Source: Oculina patagonica
Taxonomy: Eukaryota
Length of the DNA: 64,000 nt
Assembly: GCF_052425735.1 (NCBI RefSeq)
Contig: NC_135765.1
Location: 32,674,001-32,738,000, forward strand
Direction of reading: 5' to 3'
Shown: positions 62,968-64,000 of the stretch, one piece after another
Layout of the letters: the number at the start of each line of letters is the position of its first letter
How positions within the stretch are numbered: position 1 is the first letter of the stretch
Notes under the pieces: model-generated
The model's database searches: none
The model's input: only the letters and a program-made list of their open reading frames with translations
Told to the model about the DNA's origin: nothing
Translations under genes and position numbers: made by a program

Positions 62968-63975
62968 ATGTCTTCTGAAGAGTGCCATGCGGAACTTGAG
63001 TACATATCATCTATTTTTCTCGCGGTGCTTCACTCTATATCTGGTTTTCTCTCAACTGTTGGCAATGTTGTTGTCCTTCTGGCGATTTACCAAACACCAT
63101 CCTTACATACAGTGTCAAACTACTACATCGCTTCTCTCGCGGTGGGGGATTTTCTCGTCGGAGCGGTCATCAGCCCTTTGTGGGTCGCTAAAAGCGTTCT
63201 TAACATCTGGCAAAACCAACACCCTTTGACCGTAGCTGCCGAGCTTATGTCCACGCAAACTCTGATAACGACTACTTTCAACCTAGCTGCCGTTAGCTTA
63301 GACCGATATTTAGCCATAACAGATGCGTTTTACTATATGCGTGTCATGACACTTCGCCGCTGTATCATCGCCGTTGCGCTGATCTGGGTATTTTCCTTTG
63401 CGTTTGCCTGCCTCCGTTTGATAGTCACCGAACCTGTTGACCTTCCAAAGTTGTGGATAGCCGTTGCGATCGTGGGTTACACTCTACCATTTGGTGTCAT
63501 AAGCTACAGTTACTATCACATCTACAAAGCAGCTAAAAGCCAATCGAGGAGAATCGAAGCCGAGGCTCGCGCCGTTTCGGTTGTTTCTGAAGCTGGTGGA
63601 AGCAGTGGTACTGACTCCATTAGCTCTCAAACGAAGCGAAACCGAAAAGCTGCTAACACAATTGGGGTTATAATTGGGATTTATCTTCTCCTGGCTTTTC
63701 CTAGCATGGTCATCAGTGGGATCCAACTCATAACAACAAACGAGTGCTTGAAGATTCGGATCATACGCTATTGGTTTTGGGGGGCGCTTTTCTCGTTTAG
63801 CAGTTCCGCGGTCAACCCCTGGATTTATGCGGCACGCAATCGTGACTACAGACAAGCATTTAAACGTGTCTTCAGATGCTTGTTCTCCGAAACAAGAACG
63901 ATAAATGCTGTGAGTCCGTTTCGGAATAAGACGAATAACGAAACTCAAGTCAATGAACTTCCCAGCTCTAGATAA
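62968..63975 (+). CDS. Class A orphan GPCR (adenosine/melanocortin-like group), single exon, 335 aa
   Basis: GN, LAVGD, DRY, AFP, NPWIY, helix 8; shares DLPKLWI and SSA..PWIYA.R with the 54351-55286 receptor. Confidence 0.92.
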   Translation: MSSEECHAELEYISSIFLAVLHSISGFLSTVGNVVVLLAIYQTPSLHTVSNYYIASLAVGDFLVGAVISPLWVAKSVLNIWQNQHPLTVAAELMSTQTLITTTFNLAAVSLDRYLAITDAFYYMRVMTLRRCIIAVALIWVFSFAFACLRLIVTEPVDLPKLWIAVAIVGYTLPFGVISYSYYHIYKAAKSQSRRIEAEARAVSVVSEAGGSSGTDSISSQTKRNRKAANTIGVIIGIYLLLAFPSMVISGIQLITTNECLKIRIIRYWFWGALFSFSSSAVNPWIYAARNRDYRQAFKRVFRCLFSETRTINAVSPFRNKTNNETQVNELPSSR

Positions 63976-64000
63976 TTCGCGGTTTTACTGTACATAATTT

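Overview
Eukaryotic, AT-rich, repeat-dense animal DNA. Gene content and repeat types suggest an anthozoan, probably a stony coral (inference). Genes: two intronless NPC2 sterol-transporter copies in a ~5 kb tandem duplication (copy 2 has a +1 frameshift); three single-exon class A GPCRs; a single-exon membrane-anchored serine beta-lactamase-like protein; three tandem, divergent CTHRC1-like collagen-domain genes whose exons were reconstructed by hand; and a complete spliced RPS19 gene with a 5'TOP leader and a candidate intronic H/ACA snoRNA. The remainder is largely non-autonomous mobile DNA: Kolobok-, hAT-, Tc1/pogo-, Harbinger- and Mutator-like MITEs, an Academ-like deletion derivative, RTE/CR1 fragments, SINEs and a Penelope-like foldback. 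Best leads: (1) the three CTHRC1-like chains have matched N-terminal cysteines, kink position and collagen lengths, suggesting a C1q-like heterotrimer; (2) a non-coding split-direct-repeat (Ngaro/PAT-type) element carries a recombinase-site-like palindrome and an array of ACACA-loop hairpins; (3) a probable unannotated H/ACA snoRNA in RPS19. No searches or folding programs were run; family assignments rest on recognised motifs.
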